Below are positions 10,026 to 19,889 of a stretch of 64,000 nt of DNA, one piece after another. The stretch lies in the IMG/VR virus record IMGVR_UViG_3300021420_000001, positions 1 through 64,000 of that record; one strand, written 5' to 3'. The notes under the pieces are model-generated. The model saw nothing but the letters and a program-made list of their open reading frames with translations, was not told where the DNA came from and searched no databases. The position numbers were made by a program, and so were the translations under genes. Source of the stretch: a virus. Position 1 is the first letter of the stretch. The number at the start of each line of letters is the position of its first letter.

Positions 10026-10196
10026 ATGGACATTTTCATTCTCCTCTTGCTAATCGCCATCCTTCTCATTCCCTATGGGTATGTTCTTGTTCGAGGCATG
10101 AGCCGCGCTTACTTCAAGACCAAATGGGAACACCACCAACGTATTATGAAAGACCTTGATCCCAACCCCGAACAGGAGCCCCGTGATGGCGTTTAA
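10026..10196 (+). CDS. small single-pass membrane protein (56 aa)
   Basis: Hand translation MDIFILLLLIAILLIPYGYVLVRG...; fills the gap before SSB. Confidence 0.55.
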   Translation: MDIFILLLLIAILLIPYGYVLVRGMSRAYFKTKWEHHQRIMKDLDPNPEQEPRDGV

Positions 10197-11400
10197 GCCT
10201 GCAGCCCGTACCAGTTCATCAAAACCCGTTGCCAAGAAGCCTTCCGGTTTTGTCTATCATCCGCGATCCGCCGAGGCGATCAAGGCGCGCGCTGAACGGA
10301 CCGGCGGACGTTTCGATTCTCCGTTCAAGGATAATACCGATACGTTCCGCCCCAAGGTCGGGGACAACCTCATTCGTATTCTGCCGCCGACCTGGGAACC
10401 CCACGACCATTATGGTTTCCAGATTTGGGTGCATCGGCGCATCGGCCCCGACTCGTCGACCTACCTCTGCCCGCGCGAGATGTTGAACAAGAAATGTCCC
10501 GTCTGTGAGGCGGAAAAGGAATCGCGTGACGCCGGCGAGACCGATGAGGCCAAGGCCTTGGCGCCGGCCGAACAGTTCGTCTGCTGGATTGTCGATCGCG
10601 ATGACGACAACCCAATCGCCAAGATTTATCCTCTGTCATGGACCCAGGACCGCGATCTCGCAGCCCTTTGCCACAACCCACGTAAGGGCCAGGTCCTTCT
10701 GATCGACCACCCCGACAAGGGCTATGACATCATCATCAAGCGTCATGGCCAGGGACTCAATACCAAGTATCAATTCGCCGTCGATCGCGAAAAGACGCCA
10801 ATCTCGGATGACGGCAAGGTCCAGCAGGAGATCCTGGACTTCATTACCGAGAATCCGGTTCCGACCATGCTCAAGTATTACTCTTACGAGTATCTTGAGA
10901 ACGTCCTGTCGGGTGGTGCGGAAGAGGCTGATCCCGAGCTTGACGAGACCGACACAGAAGCCGCCGAAGAGGCTGAAGCCGAATCCGACAACGAAGAGGA
11001 GGAAGCCCAGACCGCCGCCCGTGGACGTAAGCGACCGCGCGCCGAGCCCGAGGAAGAAGAGGTCGAAGAGGAAGTTGCGGAGGACGAAGAGGGGGTAGTT
11101 GAGGCGGAGGAGGAGGAGGAAGTTGAAGAGGAACCCACTCCGCGCCGGGTTGCCGCGAAACGTCCGGTTGCCACTGCCAAACGCCCTGCGCGCCGTCCTG
11201 AACCCGAGCCGGAAGAAGAGGAAGAGGAAACCGTCGAAGAAACCGACGAGGAAGAATATGATCCTGAGACGGGTGAGATCATAGAGGAGGAAGAGGTTGC
11301 TCCGCGTCGGCCCGTTCGACCTGCTGCCCGGCCCGTGGTCAGAACGGGAAAACCCGCAGCCCGCCCCGGCGTGACCCGGGTTGTCCGGCACCCTCGGTAG
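10186..11400 (+). CDS. T4 gp32-like single-stranded DNA-binding protein with long acidic and Arg/Pro tail
   Basis: NLIRILPP, H...C...KCPVCE zinc motif, DPDKGYD-like segment, acidic C-terminal half; SD CAGGAG before ATG 10186. Confidence 0.8.
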   Translation: MAFKPAARTSSSKPVAKKPSGFVYHPRSAEAIKARAERTGGRFDSPFKDNTDTFRPKVGDNLIRILPPTWEPHDHYGFQIWVHRRIGPDSSTYLCPREMLNKKCPVCEAEKESRDAGETDEAKALAPAEQFVCWIVDRDDDNPIAKIYPLSWTQDRDLAALCHNPRKGQVLLIDHPDKGYDIIIKRHGQGLNTKYQFAVDREKTPISDDGKVQQEILDFITENPVPTMLKYYSYEYLENVLSGGAEEADPELDETDTEAAEEAEAESDNEEEEAQTAARGRKRPRAEPEEEEVEEEVAEDEEGVVEAEEEEEVEEEPTPRRVAAKRPVATAKRPARRPEPEPEEEEEETVEETDEEEYDPETGEIIEEEEVAPRRPVRPAARPVVRTGKPAARPGVTRVVRHPR

Positions 11401-11401
11401 A

Positions 11402-11499
11402 ATCGGCCAGAAACCGATGTGGACGCGCGCAATGGGGCAGGGCCCTATCTGGGTAGCCCTAATTTGGAACCCCCTCCTGCGCGCGTCCTATTGGGTTTC
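11402..11499. repeat. intergenic inverted-repeat element (copy A of dispersed element)
   Basis: Perfect 11-bp IR GGACGCGCGCA (11421-11431) / TGCGCGCGTCC (11478-11488); 21/24 match to 37116-37139. Confidence 0.7.
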
Positions 11500-11546
11500 G
11501 GACCCTATTTCCATTGCTTATGGGCCATTAATGTTGGTTATTGCCT

Positions 11547-12551
11547 ATGGTTGAGCGGATTGGGAAGCCCAAGGTAGCCAAGCCTGGAGGCAATTACTTC
11601 AGTCGAGCCAAAACTGACATCCAATTCTGTAAGTCTGGATGTCAGACCCTTGACTTGGCTCTTGGTGGTGGATGGGCAGAACGCCGCATCGCAAATATTG
11701 TCGGCGATTCTAGTAGTGGAAAAACTTTACTTGCGATCGAAGCTGCCGCCAACTTTGCAATCAAGCACAAAAAGGGTCGGATTCGTTACCGTGAAGCCGA
11801 ATACGCCTTCCAACCCAGTTACGCCGAAGCCCTGGGTATGCCTCTCGACCGCGTTGATTTTGGCGACCAACCTTTAGAGACCGTCGAGGATTTATTCGAG
11901 GACTTAGATCAAGTCACAGCCAAGGCAACCCAACCCGAACTCTATATCTGCGATTCTCTGGACGCCCTGACGGATCGCGCCGAGGTCGAACGCGATATGA
12001 ATGCAGGTACCTACGGTGCCGAAAAAGCGAAAAAGATGTCTCAACTGTTCCGCCGGTTGGTCGGACGTCTCAGTACCTCCAACGTAACATTGATCATCAT
12101 ATCCCAGGTTCGGAGTAAGATTGGAATCACTTTTGGACGTAAGACAACCCGGACAGGTGGACGTGCTCTGGACTTTTACGCTTCGCAGGTGTTATATTTA
12201 GCGCAGGCCGGGAAGGTCGTTCAGACCACGCACAATGTTAGACGTGCTACCGGCGTCATCGTGAAGGCCAAATGTGATAAGAACAAAGTAGCGCTTCCCT
12301 ATCGTGACGCGACCTTTGAAATCTCTTTTGGTTATGGCGTCAACGATATTTGGGCCTGTCTGAGTTGGTTGAAGGTCACGGGCTTTCTTGGTGATTTGGG
12401 ATTGACCCCTAAGACCATGAAGGATTACGCCCACGAATTAATGACCAATCCCGATCCGGGCAAGACCGCAGAAATCCACGAAGTCGTGGAGCGTCGTTGG
12501 TATGAACTGGAAACCAAATTCCTGAGTCCTCACCGTAAATACGGGACGTAA
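11547..12551 (+). CDS. recA: RecA/UvsX recombinase
   Basis: LDLALGGG, GDSSSGKT Walker A, ICDSLDAL, ISQVR, TGGRALDFYAS, KNKVALPY. Confidence 0.92.
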   Translation: MVERIGKPKVAKPGGNYFSRAKTDIQFCKSGCQTLDLALGGGWAERRIANIVGDSSSGKTLLAIEAAANFAIKHKKGRIRYREAEYAFQPSYAEALGMPLDRVDFGDQPLETVEDLFEDLDQVTAKATQPELYICDSLDALTDRAEVERDMNAGTYGAEKAKKMSQLFRRLVGRLSTSNVTLIIISQVRSKIGITFGRKTTRTGGRALDFYASQVLYLAQAGKVVQTTHNVRRATGVIVKAKCDKNKVALPYRDATFEISFGYGVNDIWACLSWLKVTGFLGDLGLTPKTMKDYAHELMTNPDPGKTAEIHEVVERRWYELETKFLSPHRKYGT

Positions 12552-12600
12552 TAATTTTCCACGTATGATTGGTTATCGCAATTGTCTTAGGAAGCAAATC

Positions 12601-12957
12601 ATGAGCGAGAAATTTGACGTCCGTATTCACGTCCTGACGGCCGCAAAGTTGGCGACCATCATGCCGGTCCTGGATGGAGAAGCCAAACTGGTCAGCGTCG
12701 AACAGATCGAGGACAAGACCAAGCGTAAGGCTCGTATTGTCCGTCGTCATGTCAATGGAGAAACGGGCGCCGATATTGTCATGGCGCTGGCGAAGGGCGG
12801 CCACGAGATCACCGTCGAGCAGGTCGCAAAGGTCTTTCACGAGAAGGGGCTCAGTAAGAGTTCAGCGGCCCCACGCCTGAGCGAATGCGTCCAAACCAAG
12901 GACCTCGCCCTGGTCCGGAAGGGCGTCTACAAAATTCTTCCCAAGACCCGCGGTTGA
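12601..12957 (+). CDS. putative winged-helix DNA-binding protein
   Basis: C-terminal helix-turn-helix and wing pattern (ITVEQVAKVF...SAAPRLSE...VRKGVYK). Confidence 0.55.
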   Translation: MSEKFDVRIHVLTAAKLATIMPVLDGEAKLVSVEQIEDKTKRKARIVRRHVNGETGADIVMALAKGGHEITVEQVAKVFHEKGLSKSSAAPRLSECVQTKDLALVRKGVYKILPKTRG

Positions 12958-12960
12958 TCC

Positions 12961-13515
12961 ATGCGCGTTGGCGGCGGCAAAGGGAAGGGGAGTTCGTTCG
13001 AACGTAAAGTTTGTGAACTCCTCTCTCTGTGGATTACTCACAACGAACGTAAAGATTGCTTCTGGCGTTCGGCAATGTCGGGCGGTCGAGCCACTGTTAT
13101 TCACAAGCGTGGAGGCCAGAACCGACAAGCCGGTGATATCTGTTCAGTGGCTCCCGAGGGGCATGTTCTGACAGACAAATTCTACTTCGAGTGCAAGCAT
13201 TACAGGAATATCGGATTAGAAACCTTTATCTTACGAGGGAAGGGACCTATCGCGGGTTGGTGGCGGGAAGCCTGTAAGCGGGCCAAGCAGCAACGTAAAG
13301 AGCCTGTACTTATCGCCAAAGGCAATAACATGCCTACGATAGTAATCACCAAACCAAACAGTATGTTCGATCAGAAGCCGGTCGCACGTCTGGGTTGGTC
13401 ATGTAATATCGGACTCTTGGATCGTATTCTAAAGACAAGGTTCGAAGGCGTAACGCCTAAGAAGAGAAAGACGATACTTGTATTTCCAGGTGATCCAGAT
13501 TTGGAGCTGAAATGA
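12961..13515 (+). CDS. PD-(D/E)xK Holliday junction resolvase
   Basis: KGSSFERKV, RSAMSGG, GDI and FECKH motifs. Confidence 0.8.
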   Translation: MRVGGGKGKGSSFERKVCELLSLWITHNERKDCFWRSAMSGGRATVIHKRGGQNRQAGDICSVAPEGHVLTDKFYFECKHYRNIGLETFILRGKGPIAGWWREACKRAKQQRKEPVLIAKGNNMPTIVITKPNSMFDQKPVARLGWSCNIGLLDRILKTRFEGVTPKKRKTILVFPGDPDLELK

Positions 13516-13988
13516 CTAAAGATTGCTCTTGCCCGAAGTGTGTTCAACTCTGTCGCCACGCTCCTGGCTGGATGTCACCCGATGATGCGCGTAAGGCTAT
13601 CGGGGCCGGACACGCCCCTAAACTCATGGTGGATTACCTTCTAAAGTCGGAAGGCAATATCTATGTCTTGGGGCCGGCTACGCGCGGACAAGAAGGATAT
13701 CGCGCCAAGAATACCGACGAGTTATTCGGTGGCGGATCAATTTTTGATATGTTCATACGCTCTCCTCCTCCTAAAGGAGTTTGTACATTCTTCAATAAAG
13801 ACCGCTGCACACTTCACACAACTGACTTCAAACCACGTCAGTGTCGTGAGACTTATGGCTGTTCTAAGGAAGGCCCCAACAACTACGCCATGGCCGAGGA
13901 CTGGAACAATCCAGAAGCCCAAGCACTCGTTCGTGAATGGATGAAGCTTGTTGGTCTGGAAGAGGACGTTCTGGAGGAGTGTACGTGA
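13512..13988 (+). CDS. YkgJ-like cysteine-cluster (Zn/Fe-S) protein
   Basis: CxCxxCxxxC, CTFF....CTLH...KPRQCR. Confidence 0.7.
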   Translation: MTKDCSCPKCVQLCRHAPGWMSPDDARKAIGAGHAPKLMVDYLLKSEGNIYVLGPATRGQEGYRAKNTDELFGGGSIFDMFIRSPPPKGVCTFFNKDRCTLHTTDFKPRQCRETYGCSKEGPNNYAMAEDWNNPEAQALVREWMKLVGLEEDVLEECT

Positions 13989-14230
13989 CCGAAACCACAG
14001 AAGCGGTTTTACGTGAACGTGCTCGGTGTGAGGCAATTTGTGCTGACCTTGAAGCTCGCTGGCGTGCGTCGGCTCGGAGGCTCCGGTACGAAGGAACCTG
14101 GAACACAGGTTGGCCTTTCTATAAGAAGTTTGTAGCTCCAAAATGGGAGCAAGCTGCCAAGGATACCGAGGCAGCGGCTGACGGACTTGCTGCAGTACGT
14201 AAGATCATCGCCAGTGGAAAGTCGCTCTGA
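13985..14230 (+). CDS. hypothetical protein
   Basis: GTGA overlap; ERARCEAIC motif common in phage small proteins. Confidence 0.6.
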   Translation: MTETTEAVLRERARCEAICADLEARWRASARRLRYEGTWNTGWPFYKKFVAPKWEQAAKDTEAAADGLAAVRKIIASGKSL

Positions 14231-14451
14231 TGCCAGAAATCGAACTCAAACCTGTCAAAAGTAGTAATATCGAAGCTGTCGGCTACGACGAGGAGACGGA
14301 GGAATTGCGCATCGAGTTCAAAGGCGGTGGAATTTACGCCTACGATTCCGTGCCGCAATTCGAGTACCGGGACCTGCTCGACGCCAAGAGCATCGGCGGG
14401 CATTTCCACAAGAAGATCAAGGACAAGTTTCCGACGAGGAAATTGAAGTGA
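14230..14451 (+). CDS. KTSC domain protein
   Basis: VKSSNIEAVGYD...LRIEFKGGGIYAYDSVP...AKSIGGHF. Confidence 0.9.
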   Translation: MPEIELKPVKSSNIEAVGYDEETEELRIEFKGGGIYAYDSVPQFEYRDLLDAKSIGGHFHKKIKDKFPTRKLK

Positions 14452-14587
14452 TAAAATTCCTGGAACGGTGTGAAGCCATGAACGCACCTTTATTTGTAGC
14501 TGGAATTTCATTTATGCTCAATGAGTGGAGCTTTACTGGCTTTTGTTTAGTTGCAGCTTCGTTTCCTTTATCAGCAAGAGAATGGAA

Positions 14588-14935
14588 ATGAAAGTCTACG
14601 CAGTCAGACAGAAGTCTACGGGTCTCTTCATTCCACGCCTGGAAACGGGTAAGCGTCGCGGGGGCTCTCACCTGGAGCCTTCCAACGAGCGTGAGCCAAG
14701 GGTATTCCACAATCGGCTCGCGGCCCGCACGTTCTTGAGTAACTGGTTGAAGGGTATTTATAGACATGAAGTTTATATGACTATGGACGGTCCAGAGGAT
14801 GATGGAAATACAATCGTTCCGCAGCCACACCGCAAGAAAGAGGACATGGAGATCGTAGAGTTTACTTGTTTTGAAATTGCTCCAAACGGTCCAAATATAT
14901 CCCAAGTTATTGATGAAATCGGTGGTTCCAAATGA
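14588..14935 (+). CDS. hypothetical protein
   Basis: ORF coupled to the sbcD-like gene (ATGA); start uncertain. Confidence 0.6.
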   Translation: MKVYAVRQKSTGLFIPRLETGKRRGGSHLEPSNEREPRVFHNRLAARTFLSNWLKGIYRHEVYMTMDGPEDDGNTIVPQPHRKKEDMEIVEFTCFEIAPNGPNISQVIDEIGGSK

Positions 14936-15972
14936 TTCTTTGCACCGCAGATCTACACCTCAGCGACTTGCCAAGAGACCAGTACCGCCACGACTGGATG
15001 CGGAATATATTACCGTCCTTGCTGCGAAAACACCAAGCAGAACTGCTGATAGTTGCTGGTGATTTCAGTGACGATAAGGACCACTTAAGTTCTTGGCTCG
15101 TAAATCAAACGGTTGATCATTTTTCGGAACTTACTAAAATCTGCCCAACGATTTTGTTACGCGGAAATCATGATTACGTCGAGGCGGACAATCCGTTCTA
15201 TGAATTCCTCGACAAAATTCCAGGCCTGACCTGGATCAATACTCCTACTTCTGCGTCGCTAATTCCGTCCGCAGAAATCCTTGGTGACGCACTCTTTCTA
15301 CCTCACACCAATTTCTACAAACAAGAATGGGGCCTTCATACAGGTTGGGAACACGACCTTTACCTGACCCACCAAACCTACGCAGGAGCTTCCATTGGCC
15401 CTCGCAAATTGGACGGAATTCTCCCAAGCATCTTTCCAAAAGGTGCTCTTGTCATCTCTGGAGACATCCACGTTCCACAGGAATTCAACCAAGTTGTTTA
15501 TACGGGATCTCCGTATACCTGCGACTTCGGAGATGCGTTCGACCCAAGAGTCCTTCTCCTGGACCCCAAGACCCTCAAGTACAAATCCATCCCCAGTCCC
15601 GGACCACAAAAACGTCTGCTGGAGTTCACTTACCCAAGTAGTCCTACTGGACTTGCCCTCGCTAACGCCCCCACAAAGGCTGCTGCTGGAAAAGCAAATC
15701 CTGGAGATATTGTCAAAATACGAATTGACATTGAGCCTGCCCAAACCCCCCAGTGGCAATCCATCAAAGACGAAGTCCGCAAGTGGGCTGAGAATCACGA
15801 ATATAACGTCTACTTGATCCAGCCCAAGGTCAATTCTGCAGGCACGAAGAGTATGTCTAAACGTAGGGTCGGAAGCAAGAGCGATACGGAACTGCTGGAA
15901 ACCTACGCAGGTGCTCGCGCTGTCAGTGAAGCGACGTTGGCGACCGGCAAACGCTTAATGGAAAAGGCATGA
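14932..15972 (+). CDS. SbcD/Mre11-like metallophosphoesterase nuclease
   Basis: ADLH, GDF, GNHD, HQT and SGDIH motifs; partner SbcC downstream. Confidence 0.88.
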   Translation: MILCTADLHLSDLPRDQYRHDWMRNILPSLLRKHQAELLIVAGDFSDDKDHLSSWLVNQTVDHFSELTKICPTILLRGNHDYVEADNPFYEFLDKIPGLTWINTPTSASLIPSAEILGDALFLPHTNFYKQEWGLHTGWEHDLYLTHQTYAGASIGPRKLDGILPSIFPKGALVISGDIHVPQEFNQVVYTGSPYTCDFGDAFDPRVLLLDPKTLKYKSIPSPGPQKRLLEFTYPSSPTGLALANAPTKAAAGKANPGDIVKIRIDIEPAQTPQWQSIKDEVRKWAENHEYNVYLIQPKVNSAGTKSMSKRRVGSKSDTELLETYAGARAVSEATLATGKRLMEKA

Positions 15973-16157
15973 AGCGTCTAGAACTCAGAGCCTACTTCTG
16001 CGAGACCCTTATCGGTTGGGCGATGCAAGTTTGTCCGAAAGGTTACGTACCTTCGTATATTCAGTCGTGTTTGGATTTCTATGACAGGGGTCGTATCGAG
16101 GGAAAGAAGGGGGAAAATGTCGGGGGGAAGTTGGGGGATGTCAAGCATGCTCCGTGA
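15969..16157 (+). CDS. hypothetical protein
   Basis: ATGA-coupled small ORF. Confidence 0.5.
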   Translation: MKRLELRAYFCETLIGWAMQVCPKGYVPSYIQSCLDFYDRGRIEGKKGENVGGKLGDVKHAP

Positions 16158-16350
16158 AGAGATCAAACGGCTGGCAAAGAGCATCGCGGACGAACTTTGG
16201 GAAGATGCTCTAGCTGGCAAACTGCCCAAGATCGGGATTGACGAGGTCCGTGTCTTCATCGTGCGGATCGTACCCAAGAAGCTGAACCACGAAGCGGCGG
16301 AACTGTTGGAAGAGCAGACGCTGCATTACTTGATAGAGAAGGTCGGATGA
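16147..16350 (+). CDS. hypothetical protein
   Basis: Small ORF tiling the operon. Confidence 0.55.
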   Translation: MLREEIKRLAKSIADELWEDALAGKLPKIGIDEVRVFIVRIVPKKLNHEAAELLEEQTLHYLIEKVG

Positions 16351-16644
16351 ATGCCACTCGTTTGTATCGTACGGGGATACGTTACGCCTAAATCTGACAA
16401 CGCTACTGTTAATAAATTAGGAGGGACTGTCTGGCTCTCTGTTGAAGAAGGCTACGAACAGTGGACCGATAATTTTGATTGGGCTGAGCCCTATCCCTCC
16501 AAACAAGAAGCCCAAGAAGCGGTAAAATCCTGCCCCGGCCCTTGGTACAATATTCCAGACCCGGACTCAATCACTTATTTGGAAGCGGCTTATACCCCGC
16601 CCAAAAAGGCACAGTTAGCGCTGACTGGCAAAGTCTGGATTTAG
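16351..16644 (+). CDS. hypothetical protein
   Basis: Abuts both neighbours. Confidence 0.6.
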   Translation: MPLVCIVRGYVTPKSDNATVNKLGGTVWLSVEEGYEQWTDNFDWAEPYPSKQEAQEAVKSCPGPWYNIPDPDSITYLEAAYTPPKKAQLALTGKVWI

Positions 16645-18483
16645 ATGATCCTCGATTTTGCCAAACTCGTCATCGTCAATTTTGGTTCGTTTCTAAACGA
16701 GCACGAACTTGACCTCGCCTCATTTGGTCCAGGTCTGCATTTCGTCAAGGGGCAGAACAAGGAGGAACCCAGACTCGGTTCTAACGGAGCGGGCAAGAGT
16801 TCCCTTTGGGGGGGCCTCTGCTGGTGTCTCTACGGCAAGACCCCTGACGGACGACGCAACCCCGATATCCAGCCCAGGTTCGGGGATAAGGCAACGACGG
16901 TCGAATTATCTCTCCTGATTGACACCAAGCCCAGAACCGTAACCCGAACCACCCATCCCAATAGTCTCCTACTGGACAGTAAGGAAGTCGGTCAAGAGCA
17001 GATTGATCAACTGATCGGCCTGACCTTTGATGTATTCGTCAACACGATCCTACTCGGACAGGGTCGCCCCCTCTTCTTTGATCTCGCTCCAAAAGCAAAA
17101 ATGGATTTATTCGTCTCGGTCCTCAATCTGGACCGATGGGATGAGCGCGCTGCCTACGCGTCAGAGGCTGTCTCCAGCCTGCAGGGAAGGGAATCCATGC
17201 TGGTTGGGGAGTTGCGGGGGATGGATACCCAACGGACCCAATTGGACGCGCTCCTGACCCAGGCAACCCGTCGGCGGACCGAATGGAATCAGGAACAGGA
17301 ACAACTCCTGAAGACGGCCCAGGAACAACTCAAGGATTTGAAGTCGAAACGGGAAACCGTCGAAAAGGAAAAAGCGGGATACGATCTCGCTTATGATTCG
17401 GCTTCTACGGAATTGAAGGCGGCGCAGGTTACGTCCCGACAATTGGCGGACGAAGGTGAGAAACTCGTCGCCGATCGGAGCCCGTGGACGACCCAGGTTG
17501 CATTGCACAAAGAAAAAGCCCGCCAGTTGACTGACGAGCTTCAAACCCTGGGTGAAGCTGATGAATGCCCGACTTGTGGACAGTCCCTAAAGGGGACCAA
17601 TCTCAGTAAGCACAAAGCGGAATTGAAGAAGCAACTGGTAGAAGCAACCAAGGCTTTGCGTAAGGCCGAAGGCGAAGTCCTGACTATCACCAGTAAAATA
17701 CTTCTGGCCAAGCCCAAATTGGAACGTTCCCGGCTAGCTGAACAGCGTTTTCAGTCCAAAGCAAATACCGCCCGCAACTCTTTGGTAGGAATGGCTCCCG
17801 TACTCGCAGACCTTAACGCCCAAATCAATCAACTCGAGGCCGGAACCAAGAAGGTCGAGACCAATCCCTATACCGAACAGGTCATGGACCTGAAGCGTAA
17901 GATCACCAAACTGGGTACCGACTACGATGAATTGGATTTACGCATCAAGAAGCTTTCGGCCCAGATCGAGCGTACCAAGTTCTGGGTCAAGGGCTTCAAG
18001 GAGGTCCGGCTCTACGTCATCGAGGAGGTTCTCCAGGAGCTAGAGCTTACGACCAATGCAGCCCTGGAGGAAGTCGGACTTGTGGATTGGCAGGTCCAGT
18101 ATTCCATCGAGAAGGAACTCAAGTCTGGTAATGTCCAACGTGGACTGAACGTCATGATCCAATCCCCCAAGGACAAGAGCCCTGTCAAATTTGAGTGCTG
18201 GTCTGGTGGTGAGGGTCAACGCCTACGGCTCGTGGGGGCTCTGGCCCTCTCGGAAGTGCTTTTGGCGCGGGCTGGCGTGGAACCTAAGATGGAGATACTC
18301 GACGAACCTTCGAGGGGCCTTAGCGATGTTGGGATTATCGACTTGTCAGAATTCCTTGCTGAACGTGCGAGTATGCTTAGGAAGACTACCTTCTATGTAG
18401 ATCATCGTGTCGTAGAGAGTTCAAGGTTCGCATCGGTGCTGACTGTAGTTAAGACCAAGAAGGGTTCGGAGTTGGTGGTGTGA
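16645..18483 (+). CDS. SbcC/Rad50-like SMC ATPase
   Basis: NGAGKSS Walker A, coiled coils, CPTC zinc hook, SGGEGQR signature, LDEP Walker B. Confidence 0.92.
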   Translation: MILDFAKLVIVNFGSFLNEHELDLASFGPGLHFVKGQNKEEPRLGSNGAGKSSLWGGLCWCLYGKTPDGRRNPDIQPRFGDKATTVELSLLIDTKPRTVTRTTHPNSLLLDSKEVGQEQIDQLIGLTFDVFVNTILLGQGRPLFFDLAPKAKMDLFVSVLNLDRWDERAAYASEAVSSLQGRESMLVGELRGMDTQRTQLDALLTQATRRRTEWNQEQEQLLKTAQEQLKDLKSKRETVEKEKAGYDLAYDSASTELKAAQVTSRQLADEGEKLVADRSPWTTQVALHKEKARQLTDELQTLGEADECPTCGQSLKGTNLSKHKAELKKQLVEATKALRKAEGEVLTITSKILLAKPKLERSRLAEQRFQSKANTARNSLVGMAPVLADLNAQINQLEAGTKKVETNPYTEQVMDLKRKITKLGTDYDELDLRIKKLSAQIERTKFWVKGFKEVRLYVIEEVLQELELTTNAALEEVGLVDWQVQYSIEKELKSGNVQRGLNVMIQSPKDKSPVKFECWSGGEGQRLRLVGALALSEVLLARAGVEPKMEILDEPSRGLSDVGIIDLSEFLAERASMLRKTTFYVDHRVVESSRFASVLTVVKTKKGSELVV

Positions 18484-18689
18484 AAAAGGAACCGTGCAGA
18501 CATCGGAGTTCTTGGATCGTCGCTGGCGGTAACGGCGAATGGTGTTACGTCTGCGGAGCTTACAGAGGGTTAACGCCAATGCAATTTGGATGTTGGCCGC
18601 GAACTGCGTGGATTAGACCGACAGGAAACCGCGACGACAATCCAGCAGAAAAGCTCAAATTTGCGGTTAGAAAGCGCAAACTAAAATGA
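18480..18689 (+). CDS. hypothetical protein (Cys/His-rich)
   Basis: GTGA overlap; CRH...WCYVCGA. Confidence 0.55.
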   Translation: MKKEPCRHRSSWIVAGGNGEWCYVCGAYRGLTPMQFGCWPRTAWIRPTGNRDDNPAEKLKFAVRKRKLK

Positions 18690-19099
18690 CCGAAACCGTT
18701 TCAAAGCAGAGTTACGACCTATCCGAACTGGAGAACTCCAACCTCCGTAAGCACCTTGCTTGGACCGGGCAATATCTCACAACCGATCAGTGTAAGGAAC
18801 TTGCTCGGAGAATCCGAGGTCCGCTTGAAGCAGGCGGCGTCGTAGAGGACAGCGACGAAGAAAATTGGGAGTATGTTCGTGAGATCAAGCGGCTCTGCGT
18901 AAAAGCGGCTGAGTTACTCCGAGAAGTTGATTTATGTAGGAGTAGACACGAACCCTTGTCCACCGAATTGAGTGATTTAAATTGGTTTGCTCGCGCTGAA
19001 GACCTTGCCAATAAGCTAATAGAGTTTGATCCTCCCTCGGTCGAGGCTGGTTTGGCTGTGATCAGGAATACCGATGAAGTAGAGAAGAAATTCAAATGA
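18686..19099 (+). CDS. hypothetical protein
   Basis: ATGA-coupled. Confidence 0.6.
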   Translation: MTETVSKQSYDLSELENSNLRKHLAWTGQYLTTDQCKELARRIRGPLEAGGVVEDSDEENWEYVREIKRLCVKAAELLREVDLCRSRHEPLSTELSDLNWFARAEDLANKLIEFDPPSVEAGLAVIRNTDEVEKKFK

Positions 19100-19446
19100 A
19101 GCCACTCAATCCAGGTGAAACTTTGATCGAAAGAGTTGAAGCTCTCGAAGCGGAGTGTTCTAGGCTACAAGCACAACTTCCTTCTGAAATGCAAGATTGT
19201 ACAATCCTATTCGTAGAGTGTGAAAAAGGTCATGGGCGTCTAACTGCCAAAAATTGGGTTGGACGCGACTGTCATTGGTGTGCAATCGAGAAACTAAAAG
19301 AAGCACTCAAACCGTTCGCCGCAATCCCGCTCTGGCGCGATACCTATCCAGACGCCCGACTCGACAGTCTGGCCGCATACCAGATGATGGGTTACGTCAA
19401 GGTCGCGGACGTTCGCGCTGCTCGTGAAGCAATTATTAAGAAGTAG
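19096..19446 (+). CDS. hypothetical protein
   Basis: ATGA-coupled; CEKGH...CHWC, LKEALKPFA. Confidence 0.6.
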   Translation: MKPLNPGETLIERVEALEAECSRLQAQLPSEMQDCTILFVECEKGHGRLTAKNWVGRDCHWCAIEKLKEALKPFAAIPLWRDTYPDARLDSLAAYQMMGYVKVADVRAAREAIIKK

Positions 19447-19638
19447 ATGCTCAGCCTGTCCGTAGCTCTGCTTCTATTCGGCTGGCTGATCGTCGATAAG
19501 GTCAAGCGCAACTACGGCGCGTACAAGCTACGGCAGTTCACCTGCAAGATGTGTGGGCATGTCGTCGTGGTCAACCCGAACCTGCCGGATGCGTACCGGC
19601 CTAATATCTGCGTACAATGTTGGGAGAGTAAGCGATGA
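19447..19638 (+). CDS. small membrane-anchored zinc-ribbon protein
   Basis: N-terminal hydrophobic helix plus two CxxC. Confidence 0.5.
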   Translation: MLSLSVALLLFGWLIVDKVKRNYGAYKLRQFTCKMCGHVVVVNPNLPDAYRPNICVQCWESKR

Positions 19639-19886
19639 ATACTAAGCCACCTGACGAAGAAGGACTTGATCATCTCGCCGATACAATCCTTCGTGAACTC
19701 AAATCCGCTCTTGCTAGAGAAACAACGCTTGAGACGGGCGCGTACTTAGCCGCAGCTGCAATGCATATTGCAATTGTAGAAGCTCTATGTAACCGCTACC
19801 AAGTTTCTGTAGCAGAGGCCAATCAGAAAATTGGGGAACACTTTAGCCAAATTGTGGCGCGTTCAAAGGCAATGACCAGCAGCTAG
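19635..19886 (+). CDS. hypothetical protein; last gene of + arm
   Basis: ATGA-coupled. Confidence 0.55.
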   Translation: MNTKPPDEEGLDHLADTILRELKSALARETTLETGAYLAAAAMHIAIVEALCNRYQVSVAEANQKIGEHFSQIVARSKAMTSS

Positions 19887-19889
19887 AAA

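Noticed and set aside
1303-11432. Long antisense ORFs (1303-1890, 1398-1892, 10636-11391, 10884-11432)
   Set aside because: Shadows of low-complexity, codon-biased + strand genes.
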